Source of the DNA: Macrostomum hystrix
Taxonomy: Eukaryota; Animalia; Platyhelminthes
Reading direction: 5' to 3'
NCBI GenBank assembly: GCA_950097015.1
Contig: CATNEN010000024.1
Location: forward strand, 1,674,001 to 1,738,000
Length of the DNA stretch: 64,000 bases
In this document: piece after piece, positions 11,774-24,000 of the stretch
Layout of the letters: each line of letters begins with the position of its first letter
Numbering within the stretch: position 1 is the stretch's first letter
Notes under the pieces: model-generated
The model's database searches: none
Seen by the model: only the letters and a program-made list of their open reading frames with translations
What the model was told of the DNA's origin: nothing
Translations under genes and position numbers: made by a program

Positions 11774-12047
11774 AAATGATCAATTATCAAATTATCAAAA
11801 ATTATCAATCTAGGCATAAATCTTCTGCTCACAAAATTTCATCACGTGACCATGTCGGCTATCGTTGTTGACTATAGTGATTTGATTTTAATGTTGATTT
11901 TTGTATTTATTTACCAATATGGATTACCATAGAGGTTTATACAGAGCAATGCCAGTCATTGCTGTCCTTGTCACCAGTTATTATGTAGATTCCTGAGTAC
12001 ATAGAGAGTGCAGGTATAAGTTTGTTTCTGTTACAGGCCACGCAGAC

Positions 12048-15000
12048 ATGAGCACAATTGTTAGCCAGCAGCGGCAGCGTCAGCAGCAAAGTCCAACGCC
12101 GACAACTATGGCCGCCGCGCCCACCCCGGAGGACACAGTGGAGTCCTGTCTGGCCGGCCTGAGTGCCAAGGATGGCGCCAAAGTGTCCGGCCTGCGCCAG
12201 TCGGCCGAGAAGGCGTTGGCCCTGCTCAAATCGTCTGAGCTCCGCCAGTCAGCTACCCAGGTGGCGGCTCACGAGCTGCGGTCGGCCTGCCTGGAGCCGA
12301 TGCAGCTGGCACTGGAGTCGGGCAGCCGCACACTCGCCACGGCTGGTCTCCGAGGCATTCGCCGACTGGTACGAGACTCAAGATTTAGCGACGCCATGGA
12401 ATCGGAGCGGGATTGCGACTGGGCCCCCATGCAGGTGCTTGACGCCGTCTGGGCGGCTCACACCTTGTCTGATGAGCTGCAGGTGAGCTGCTGGCAGCCG
12501 GTCACATTGTCCACTGTAGATTTAGGGTCGGCAAATTTGTGTGCCCAAGAGACTATGGAGAGATGAGACTATGCAGAGATGAGACTATGGAGAGATGAGA
12601 CTATGCAGAGATGAGACTATGGAGAGATGAGACTATGCAGAGATGAGACTATGGAGAGATGAGACTATGGAGAGATGAGACTATGGAGAGATGAGAATAT
12701 ATGGAAAGTCAAGGCAGAGATAAGGTAAAGGAGAGATGAGGTAGAGGTGAGATTAGGTTGGGGTAACAGGAGGAAGGGGTGAGATGAGGAAGGGTTGAGA
12801 GGAGGAAGGGGTGAGATGAGGAAGGGGTGAGAGGATGAAGGGGTGAGATAAGGAAGGGGTGAGATGAGGAAGGGGTGAGAGGAGGAAGGGGTGAGATGAG
12901 GAAGGGGTGAGATGAGGAAGGGGTGAGAGGAGGAAGGGGTGAGAGGATGAAGGGGTGAGATAAGGAAGGGGTGAGAGGAGGAAGGGGTGAGATGAGGAAG
13001 GGGTGAGATGAGGAAGGGGTGAGAGGAGGAAGGGGTGAGAGGAGGAAGGGGTGATATGAAGAAGGGGTGAGAGGAGGAAGGGGTGAGAGGAGGAAGGGGT
13101 GAGATAAGGAAGGGGTGAGATGAGGAAGGGTTGAGAGGAGGAATGGGTGAGATGAGAAAGGGGCGAGAGGAGGAAGGGGTGAGATAAGGAAGGGGTGAGA
13201 TAAGGAAGGGGTGAGATGAGGAAGGGTTGAGAGGAGGAAGCGGTGAGATGAGGAAGGGGTGAGAGGATGAAGGGGTGAGATAAGGAAGGGGTGAGAGGAG
13301 GAAGGGGTGAGATGAGGAAGGGGTGAGAGGAGGAAGGGGTGAGGGGATGAAGGGTTGAGAGGAGGAAGGGGTGAGATGAGGAAGGGGTGAGATGAGGAAG
13401 GGGTGAGAGGAGGAAGGGGTGAGATGAGGAAGGGGTGAGAGGAGGAAGGGGTGAGATGAGGAAGGGGTGAGAGGAGGAAGGGGTGAGATGAGGAAGGGGT
13501 GAGAGGAGGAAGGGGTGAGATGAGGAAGGGGTGAGAGGAGGAAGGGGTGAGAGGATGAAGGGGTGAGATAAGGAAGGGGTGAGAGGAGGAAGGGGTGAGA
13601 TGAGGAAGGGGTGAGAGGAGGAAAGGGTGAGATAAGGAAGGGGTGAGAGGAGGAAGGGGTGAGATGAGGAAGGGGTGAGAGGAGGAAGGGGTGAGGGGAT
13701 GAAGGGTTGAGAGGAGGAAGGGGTGAGAGGATGAAGGGGTGAGATAAGGAAGGGGTGAGATGAGGAAGGGGTGAGATAAGGAAGGGGTGAGAGGAGGAAG
13801 GGGTGAGATGAGGAAGGGGTGAGAGGAGGAAGGGGTGAGGGGATGAAGGGTTGAGAGGAGGAAGGGGTGAGATGAGGAAGGGGTGAGAGGATGAAGGGGT
13901 GAGATAAGGAAGGGGTGAGATGAGGAAGGGTTGAGAGGAGGAAGGGGTGAGATGAGGAAGGGGTGACAGGATGAAGGGGTGAGATGAGGAAGGGGTGAGA
14001 GGAGGAAGGGGTGAGGGGATGAAGGGTTGAGAGGAGGAAGGGGTGAGATGAGGAAGGGGTGACAGGATGAAGGGGTGAGATAAGGAAGGGGTGAGATGAG
14101 GAAGGGGTGAGATGAGGAAGGGGTGAGAGGAGGAAGGGGTGAGAGGATGAAGGGGTGAGATAAGGAAGGGGTGAGAGGAGGAAGGGGTGAGATGAGGAAG
14201 GGGTAAGATGTGACATGGGTGATAATTTACAGCTACTACTACAGCTATTACACATGTATGATAAGTAAACAGCGGTAGCAACAGTAATTACATTACAAAC
14301 ACTCTCAATTTATCCTTATATATAATATGTGCACATATATATAATATAATAACGAAGTAAATAAGGACGCCAACCTTTTATTCAGGTGGAAGTGATGCGC
14401 CTGCTGCTAGACATGGTGTGCACCTGCTGCTGGGTGTGGCACGGCAAGGTTGTCAATCGCGTTCTAGAGGTCAGTGACAGAATTTTTTTGCTAACGTTGC
14501 ATACTTATAGTAGCCTGTAATGTATGTTGTGTAGTACAGGGGAGTAAGCTGATGTATTCTAGGACTAATTAGTACCACTATATTTAGTGCGTTGCTAAAG
14601 CAGGATAATTTGGTGTGGTTTCTTAACTTGCAACGGAAAACTATGGCGGGTTCGTCAACTGTTGCGCTGTCGCACGTTTTCTTGTCCTGTGATTTGAAAA
14701 TCCTGTTTGATATGCATGCAGTATGGGAAAACCCAAAGATGACCTCTTGCCTCTTTGCTTAGTAGCTATGACCCGATTGTCTCATCTCTCCCTGTCTCAT
14801 CTCTCCCTGTCTCATCTCTCCCTGTCTCATCTCTCCCTGTCTCATCTCTCCCTGTCTCATCTCTCCATGTCTCATCTCTCCCTGTCTCATCTCTCCCTGT
14901 CTCATCTCTCCCTGTCTCATCTCTCCCTGTCTCATCTCTCCCTGTCTCATCTCTCCCTGTCTCTTCTCTCCCTGTCTCTTCTCTCCCTGTCTCATCTCTC

Positions 15001-18000
15001 CCTGTCTCATCTCCGCACTGTCTCATCTACGCACTGTCTCATCTCCGCACTGTCTCATCTACGCACTGTCTCATCTCCGCACTGTCTCATCTCCGCACTG
15101 TCTCATCTACGCACTGTCTCATCTCCGCACTGTCTCATCTCCGCACTGTCTCATCTACGCACTGTCTCATCTCCGCACTGTGGGCAACACAAGCCCTAGT
15201 AAAGTTGTAATTCGTGCCCAAAATTACCTGGACGAGTTTCTGCTCAAGCCACATGACGCCCAAAGCCTCACGATTGTCCGTTTCCGAATCGCTCAGTTAT
15301 GCGTATCAGTGTACGCGGCCTCGCGCAATAGGCTCAAGGATGCCATCAATTCGGTGATTGTACCGCTGGCTGACAAAGCCTCCAGGGCTATGTCTGTTGG
15401 CGGCGGCAGTAGCGGCGGCGTTGGCGGTGGCAGCGGAGGCGGATGTGGCCAATCTGAATCGGTACAGTCGCAGGTTCGAATCTGTGCGGCGCATGTACAC
15501 ATCTAATAAAGCGGTTCTGGTGTTAATATTTTTACAAATGCCCTCTAATTCGCAATTTTTATAACACTGAATTTAAATGCGATTATAATTAACCTAAAGA
15601 TTGCTTCATTACTGATATGTATGAAAAATAATATCGTTTTATAGAATCGCCCAAAGAATCGTTTTAGAGAATCGCCCCAAAGAATCGTCTTAGAGAATCG
15701 CCCAAAGAATCGTCTTAGAGAATCGCCCAAAACATCTTCTTAGAGAATCGCCCAAAGAATCGTCTTATAGAATCGCCCTAAGAAATCGTCTTAGAGAATC
15801 GCTCCAAAGAATCAGAATCGCCCAAAGAATCGTCTTTGAGAATCGCCCAAAGAACCGTCTTAGAGAATCGCCCAAAGAATCGTCTTTGAGAATCGCCCCA
15901 AAACATCTTCTTAGAGAATCGCCCAAAGAATCGTCTTAGAGAATCGCTCCAAAGAATCGTCTTAGAGAATCGCCCCAAAACATCTTCTTAGAGAATCGCC
16001 CAAAGAATCGTCTTAGAGAATCGCTCCAAAGAATCGTCTTAGAGAATCGCCCCAAAACATCTTCTTAGAGAATCGCCCAAAGAATCGTCTTAGAGAATCG
16101 CCCAAAGAATCTTCTTAGAGAATCGCCCAAAGAATCGTTTTAGAGAATCGCCCCAAAGAATCGTCTTAGAGAATCGCCCAAAGAATCGTTTTAGAGAATC
16201 GCCCCAAAGAATCGTCTTAGAGAATCGCCCAAAGAATCTTCTTAGAGAATCGCCCAAAGAATCGTTTTAGAGAATCGCCCCAAAGAATCGTCTTAGAGAA
16301 TCGCCCAAAGAATCGTTTTAGAGAATCGCCCAAAGAATCGTCTTAGAGAATCGCCCAAAGAATCGTCTTAGAGAATCGCCCAAAGAATCGTTTTAGAGAA
16401 TCGCCCAAAGAATCGTCTTTGAATATCCCCTTAAAACATCTTCTTAGAGAATCGCCCAAAGAATCGTCTTGGAGAATCGCCCAAAGAATCGTCTTAGAGA
16501 ATCGCCCAAAGAATCGTCTTAGAGAATCGCCCAAAGAATCGTCTTGGAGAATCGCCCCAAAACATCTTCTTAGAGAATCGCCCAAAGAATCGTCTTGGAG
16601 AATCGCCCAAAGAATCGTCTTAGAGAATCGCCCAAAGAATCGTCTTGGAGAATCGCCCCAAAACATCTTCTTAGAGAATCGCCCAAAGAATCGTCTTAGG
16701 GAATCGCCCCAAAGAATCGTCTTTGAAAATCGCCCAAAGAATCGTCTTTGAGAATCGCCCCAAAACATCTTCTTAGAGAATCGCCCAAAGAATCGTCTTA
16801 GGGAATCGCCCCAAAGAATCATCTTTGAGAATCGCCCAAAGAATCGTCTTGGAGAATCGCCCCAAAACATCTTCTTAGAGAATCGCCCAAAGAATCGTCT
16901 TAGAGAATCGCCCAAAGAATCGTCTTAGAGAATCGCCCAAAGAATCGTCTTAGAGAATCGCCCCAAAACATCTTCTTAGAGAATCGCCCAAAGAATCGTC
17001 TTTGAGAATCGCCCCAAAACATCTTCTTAGAGAATCGCCCAAAGAATCGTCTTAGAGAATCGCCCAAAGAATCGTCTTAGAGAATCGCCCAAAGAATCGT
17101 CTTAGGGAATCGCCCCAAAACATCTTCTTAGAGAATCGCCCAAAGAATCGTCTTGGAGAATCGCCCCAAAACATCTTCTTAGAGAATCGCCCAAAGAATC
17201 GTCTTAGAGAATCGCCCAAAGAATCGTCTTAGAGAATCGCCCAAAGAATCGTCTTAGAGAATCGCCCCAAAACATCTTCTTAGAGAATCGCCCAAAGAAT
17301 CGTCTTTGAGAATCGCCCCAAAACATCTTCTTAGAGAATCGCCCAAAGAATCGTCTTAGAGAATCGCCCAAAGAATCGTCTTAGAGAATCGCTCCAAAGA
17401 ATCAGAATCGCCCAAAGAATCGTCTTTGAATATCCCCTTAAAACATCTTCTTAGAGAATCGCCCAAAGAATCGTCTTGGAGAATCGCCCAAAGAATCGTC
17501 TTAGAGAATCGCCCAAAGAATCGTCTTAGGGAATCGCCCCAAAGAATCATCTTTGAGAATCGCCCAAAGAATCGTCTTGGAGAATCGCCCCAAAACATCT
17601 TCTTAGAGAATCGCCCAAAGAATCGTCTTAGAGAATCGCCCAAAGAATCGTCTTAGAGAATCGCCCAAAGAATCGTCTTAGAGAATCGCCCCAAAACATC
17701 TTCTTAGAGAATCGCCCAAAGAATCGTCTTTGAGAATCGCCCCAAAACATCTTCTTAGAGAATCGCCCAAAGAATCGTCTTAGAGAATCGCCCAAAGAAT
17801 CGTCTTAGAGAATCGCTCCAAAGAATCAGAATCGCCCAAAGAATCGTCTTTGAGAATCGCCCAAAGAACCGTCTTAGAGAATCGCCCAAAGAATCGTCTT
17901 AGAAAATCGCCCAAAGAATCGTTTTAGAGAATCGCCCAAAGAATCGTCTTAGAGAATCGCCCAAAGAATCGTCTTAGAGAATCGCTCCAAAGAATCAGAA

Positions 18001-21000
18001 TCGCCCAAAGAATCGTCTTAGAGAATCGCTCCAAAGAATCAGAATCGCCCAAAGAATCGTCTTAGAGAATCGCTCCAAAGAATCAGAATCGCCCAAAGAA
18101 TCGTCTTAGAGAATCGCCCAAAGAATCAGAATCGCCCAAAGAATCGTCTTAGAGAATCGCCATGAAGTGTACGGCAAATATATAACGATTGTATAACTAG
18201 TTATATAACAAAATGAAGCAAAAATGGAACGCAAATTAATATAAAAAATTGAGTAACTTATGGTGATGGTGGTTTTTATTTTTTAACTAAACAACTCCTG
18301 GTTAAAGGATCCCCGTATAAATTATGTGAATATTTTTAGTGCTTATAATGTCTATCTTTTTTACACCTAAAGCTGCTCAAATCCCTTATCTAATTCATCG
18401 TCAAATCATTTTATGCTCGATGCAGATTTTAGACATAACAAAAATGTAAGGCCCGATGACGTTAAAAGGATTAAGCTCATTTAGTCTTACTGGGAAGAAA
18501 CTATTTAACGCTTTAGCCTCGAGTATTTAGATCGGCATTTGAAGATTAATGGGTTGACTAATTTGCTAATTACTGAGCTGAGCTCAAGAACTCAGTAAGT
18601 TCTACATTGACTCGAAGATGACGTCAATGACGTGTCATCCCTATCTAAAAATCGTCTCTCAGGCCTGCGTGGACTCGTTCTCATCCTCGGGCGCCGACTC
18701 GGCCGTAAAGATGGCCGCCAAGGCCACGCTCACCCAGCTTCTGCAAGGCTACATTGAACGGTGCAGCTCGGAGGCGGACCAAAATGAGCATCAAAGCCCG
18801 GATTCAACTGCAGCCAACGAATGGGATAGCGGAGCAATGGACTTGTTGACTCATCTGGTAGAGCGCATCGAGTCTGCAGCGTTGTCTAACCGGGCGGCCC
18901 TGCCAATCCTACTGGACGGTCTGGGCAGCGCTTTGGCTCGCCTGCCAGCCAGGATTGGCGCCAATTCTATGGCCTTCTCCGATCTGCTCTGGCGCAGACT
19001 GTGCCCCTGCCTAGTTAGCCTGCTGGCCAATCAGAGATGCGAAAGATCCGGCGGCGGAGGGGGAGGCGGAGGCGGCGGCTCGCCAACTCTCGGCCGTGGC
19101 TCCGGCGTGTCCAGCGGTGCGCCCGAACTGCCCGATGGCGCCGCCAAAGCCTGCTACGAGCTGGCCATCCGCTGTCTATGGCTAGTTGGCAGCCGGGCGC
19201 CGCTGCACACCCCGATGCAGGCCCTGTTCAACAGGATGCTGCTCTATCCGCCTGTGCAGATGCGGGCACCCGCGCTGCGGGCCATGAGGCCTCTGCTGCA
19301 GAGCCCTGCCGGCCTGCTGAGGCTGGCTGGGCCAAAGCTCGACCCGGACAGCGGCAGGCCGTTGGATGCCAGGAGTAATCTGGGCCTGCTGCGCATTGTT
19401 GTTGACTGCATTGTTGAGGTGAGCGATTTTAATGTTTATATGAAACTTTCGCACTCGTGCTTTCTGACATTTTTTAGAATATATTATACGATTCAAGCAT
19501 TATTTCTAAGATAAATTTTTTATCTCGCGTTTCGGAATTTCTGAGAGCTTTTGGTTTCTGTTGAGAGCTAGCTTTCGGTTTCTGTTGAGAGCTTTCGGTT
19601 TCTGTTGAGAGCTAGCTTTCGGTTTCTGTTGAGAGCTTTCGGTTTCTGTTGAGAGCTAGCTTTCGGTTTCTGTTGAGAGCTTTCGGTTTCTGTTGAGAGC
19701 TTTCGGTTTCTGTTGAGAGCTTTCGGTTTCTGTTGAGAGCTAGCTTTCGGTTTCTGTCGAGAGCTTTCGGTTTCTGTTGAGAGCTAGCTTTCGGTTTCTG
19801 TTGAGAGCTTTCGGTTTCTGTTGAGAGCTTTCGGTTTCTGTCGAGAGCTTTCGGTTTCTGTTGAGAGCTAGCTTTCGGTTTCTGTTGAGAGCTTTCGGTT
19901 TCTGTTGAGAGCTAGCTTTCGGTTTCTGTTGAGAGCTTTCGGTTTCTGTTGAGAGCTAGCTTTCGGTTTCTGTCGAGAGCTTTCGGTTTCTGATGAGAGC
20001 TTTCGGTTTCTGTTGAGAGCTAGCTTTCGGTTTCTGTTGAGAGCTAGCTTTCGGTTTCTGATGAGAGCTTTCGGTTTCTGTCGAGAGCTTTCGGTTTCTG
20101 TTGAGAGCTAGCTTTCGGTTTCTGTTGAGAGCTAGCTTTCGGTTTCTGTCGAGAGCTTTCGGTTTATGATGAGACCTTTCGGTTTCTGTTGAGATTTTCC
20201 GGTTTCTGTTGAGATTTTTCGGTTTCTGTTGATTTTTCTCACAAATTTTCTGAGATTTCATCTGAGTTTTTGTGATTTCTTCAGAGATTTCGTGGTTTCC
20301 TGAAAGATATGGGTATTTCTTCTAAATATAGGATTTTTCTTTGCTTTCAGGATTTCTTCAGACTTTTAGAAGATGCTTCTTAGGTCTTCAAGATTTATGC
20401 ATTTTCCTCAAGCATTAGTTTCAGATTATACGAATCTGTGTGCGCAGTGTGCTCAGGAGTCCGCGGAATTGAGCAGAATTGATGAGTCGCTGGCTTCGGG
20501 TCTTATGTAACAATGCCCACAGTCCACCTGCAAACACTTCGGGTCTTATGTAACAATGCCCACAGTCCACCTGCAAACACTTCGGGTCTTATGTAACAAT
20601 GCCCACAGTCCACCTGCAAACACTTCGGGTCTTATGTAACAATGCCCACAGTCCACCTGCAAACACTGCGGGTCTTATGTAACAATGCCCACAGTCCACC
20701 TGCAAACACTGCGGGTCTTATGTAACAATGCCCACAGTCCACCTGCAAACACTTCGGGTCTTATGTAACAATGCCCACAGTCCACCTGCAACCACTGCGG
20801 GTCTTATGTAACAATGCCCACAGTCCACCTGCAACCACTGCGGGTCTTATGTAACAATGCCCACAGTCCACCTGCAACCACTGCGGGTCTTATGTAACAA
20901 TGCCCACAGTCCACCTGCAAACACTGCATGCGAGCGTATTATAATTATTAAGCACTCTGAGAATTAGATTAGCTTTTTAATTTTCTAAACTTGTAAAGTT

Positions 21001-24000
21001 TTTTTCGCATGGTTTAGTCTTGACCTTTTACTTCGGTAAGACAGCAACTCAATACGCAGCATTTTTCTACTCTGTTCCATTTAGAGCTCTTGTCTCCTCT
21101 GATTTCCCTGAGCAAACTGGCTTAGCCGCTTTGCGAGTTTGAGAATGTTATTACAAGATGAAGGAGATGCTCTCACCGCAGCTCAACGCTTTGACGTCTC
21201 GCTTGTCAAATTTATTTTTTTTGTCGCCTCGTCGTTGTTTCCTCTTTTTTTCGGTTCGAAGCGAGCCTCCCTAGATTAGTCACGATTCAAATCCCACTTC
21301 TTACTGAACATATTTTTTCCCGTTTCCTGCATGTGCTACAGAGAGAAGAAAAAAGAGATTAAATCAGCGGTAACTCATGGCTTAGAATGTTATCTACTCT
21401 CGTACAGTACTCTACTCATAGCTCTAAGCTACGACTTTCGTCATTAGAAAGCTTATTACATAATTATGCAGCTTCTAAAAAACAGAACTGTGCTGCAGAA
21501 CTGGCCTGCAGCTTCATCATCTTCACAATGCAATCGGGTGCGTTCGCATGGACTGACTGACTGACTGACTGACTGACTGACTGACTGACTGACTGACTGA
21601 CTGACCGCTGAGAGAAGGCTTGTAGGCTTGTCGTGCAATTTACGCCTTTGAGGGCCAACCGGCACAGTGAGAGTGTACACTGCCTGACGATGAGAAAGTC
21701 AGGGCAGATGTACACACCTGTGTGAGCGTGTACCTGCGTACGGTATCTGTGTGAGTGTGTGCTCAGGAGTCAGCGAAAAGGACAGAATTGCCTCATCACT
21801 GGCTGTGGGTCTAGTGTCACCGAATGATGTGCCATTGCCCGCAGCCCTCCTGCAAATATTATTATTATTATTTATTATTATTATTAGCCCTTATCATTAT
21901 CTACCTGTGCTGTCATTCTCCCATCCTTAACGCATCTCCGTCTCTTGCTCTACCACCCTATTTCCATCATACTTTCTCCTTCCCTTATCCCCCACTCCCC
22001 GTTTCTCTTGCCCGTTCGCATATGCTTCTTTCATTGAATAATCTGCTGACTTAGATAGCTAAAATGTACTTTTAATGACCCTCCGCCCACGCGCGCAGGT
22101 GTCCCGCAGCTCGGATAGCAGCCTACGGTATCTGGCCGTGGACCTTATGCACACCCTGCTAATTACCATAGACAAGCTGGCCAGCTGCAGCAAGACAGAC
22201 TTGGCCGAGCTCATCGACCCTGCAATCATTGCCGAAGCCTTCTTTGACGCTGCCGCCGCCGCATCCGCAGCCTCCTCGGCTTCAGCCAATCAAGATGGCG
22301 ACGGCGGCTCATTCGGCGATGCGGCTTCTGAATTCGCCGCTACGAGCAGCAGCGTCTGCTCCGAGCAGCACAGCCAGCAGCAGGACGATCAGGCTCAGTG
22401 CGCCAATGACTATGTGCTGCTGATGGTGCAACTGCTGCCACAGCTCTGCGAGGCTGGCTCCGATGCGGAACTGGACGAACAGCTGCAAGCTTTCAGCAGC
22501 GACTTTTGCACCGGTGAGATTCTGGCACTAATCCTTCTAGCTAATCCTTGTTTAATCCTTCTGGTTAATCTAAGTTTAATCCTTTCATCTGATCTTTGTG
22601 TAATCCGTTTAGCTAATCCTAGAATATATCTACAAGTGTAGATACGTTTAGCGAATCATTTTTGGTAAATCCATCCTAGTCTAATCCTTCTCGGTAATTC
22701 TAGTCTAATCCTTCTCGTTAATCCTAGTCTAATCCTTCTGTTTAATCCTAGTTTATCCTTCTGGTTAGTCTTAGTCTAATCCTTTTGGTTAATCCTAGTC
22801 TATCCTTATGGTTAATCCTAGTCTAATCCCTATGGTTAACCCTAGTCTAGTCCTTATGGTTAATCCTAGTCTAATCCTTCTGTTTAATCCTAGTCTAATC
22901 ATTCTGGTTAATCCTAGTTTATCCTTCTGGTTAGTCCTAGTCTAGTCCTTATGGTTAATCCTAGTCTAGTCCTTATGGTTAATCCTAGTCTAATCATTCT
23001 GGTTAATCCTAGTTTATCCTTCTCGTTAATCCTAGTATAATCCTTCTGATTAATCCTAGTTTATCATTCTGGTTAGTCCTAGTCTAATCCTTCTGATTAA
23101 TCCTAGTTTATCATTCTGGTTAGTCCTAGTCTAATCCTTCTGTTTAATCCTAGTTTATCATTCTGGTTAGTCCTAGTCTAATCCTTATGTTTAATCCTAG
23201 TTTATCCTTCTGTTTAATCCTAGTCTAATCCTTCTGTTTAATCCTAGTCTAATCCTTCTGTTTAATCCTAGTTTATCCTTCTGGTTAGTCCTAGTCTAAT
23301 CCTTCTGTTTAATCCTAGTTTATCCTTCTGTTTAATCCTAGTTTATCCTTCTGTTTAATCCTAGTCTAATCCTTCTGTTTAATCCTAGTCTAATCCTTCT
23401 GTTTAATCCTAGTTTATCCTTCTGGTTAGTCCTAGTCTAATCCTTCTGTTTAATCCTAGTTTATCCTTCTGTTTAATCCTAGTTTATCCTTCTGTTTAAT
23501 CCTAGTCTAATCCTTCTGTTTAATCCTAGTTTATCCTTCTGGTTAGTCCTAGTCTAATCCTTCTGTTTAATCCTAGTCTAATCCTTCTGTTTAATCCTAG
23601 TCTAATCATTCTGGTTAATCCTAGTCTAATCCTTATGGTTAATCCTAGTCTAATCCTTATGGTTAATCCTAGTCTAATCCTTCTGGTTAGTCCTAGTCTA
23701 ATCCTTCTGTTTAATCCTAGTCTAATCCTTCTGTTTAATCCTAGTCTAATCATTCTGGTTAATCCTAGTCTAATCATTCTGTTTAATCCTAGTTTATCCT
23801 TCTGGTTAGTCCTAGTTTATCCTTCTGTTTAATCCTAGTCTAATCCTTCTCGTTAATCCTAGTCTAATCATTCTGTTTAATCCTAGTTTATCCTTCTGTT
23901 TAATCCTAGTTTATCCTTATGGTTAATCCTAGTTTATCCTTCTGGTTAGTCCTAGTCTAATCCTTCTGTTTAATCCTAGTCTAATCCTTCTGTTTAATCC

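Noticed and set aside
10933-11871. 312-aa (FHQSHVLFCCK)n ORF that looks like a His/Cys metal-binding protein
   Set aside because: It starts at GTG, three frames on two strands are open, and it coincides exactly with a 33-bp minisatellite; there is no independent coding evidence.
12014-12036. 23-nt GT...AG micro-intron upstream of the ARFGEF3 ATG
   Set aside because: It is probably too short to splice; the acceptor is more likely used with a distant donor or a spliced leader.
20428-20510. Possible small ARFGEF3 exon (CAQESAELSRIDESLASG)
   Set aside because: Exon 3 joins 22099 directly in frame and matches BIG3 without it; there is no strong compatible donor.
20494-20926. 43-bp repeats resembling CRISPR direct repeats
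   Set aside because: The units are contiguous with no unique spacers, the context is a eukaryotic intron, and there are no cas genes.
21670-21715. Hammerhead-like CTGACGA...GAAA in SINE family 1
   Set aside because: There is no stem II, and no stem III or NUH cleavage triplet between GAAA and the stem I strand; it is better explained as a simple hairpin.
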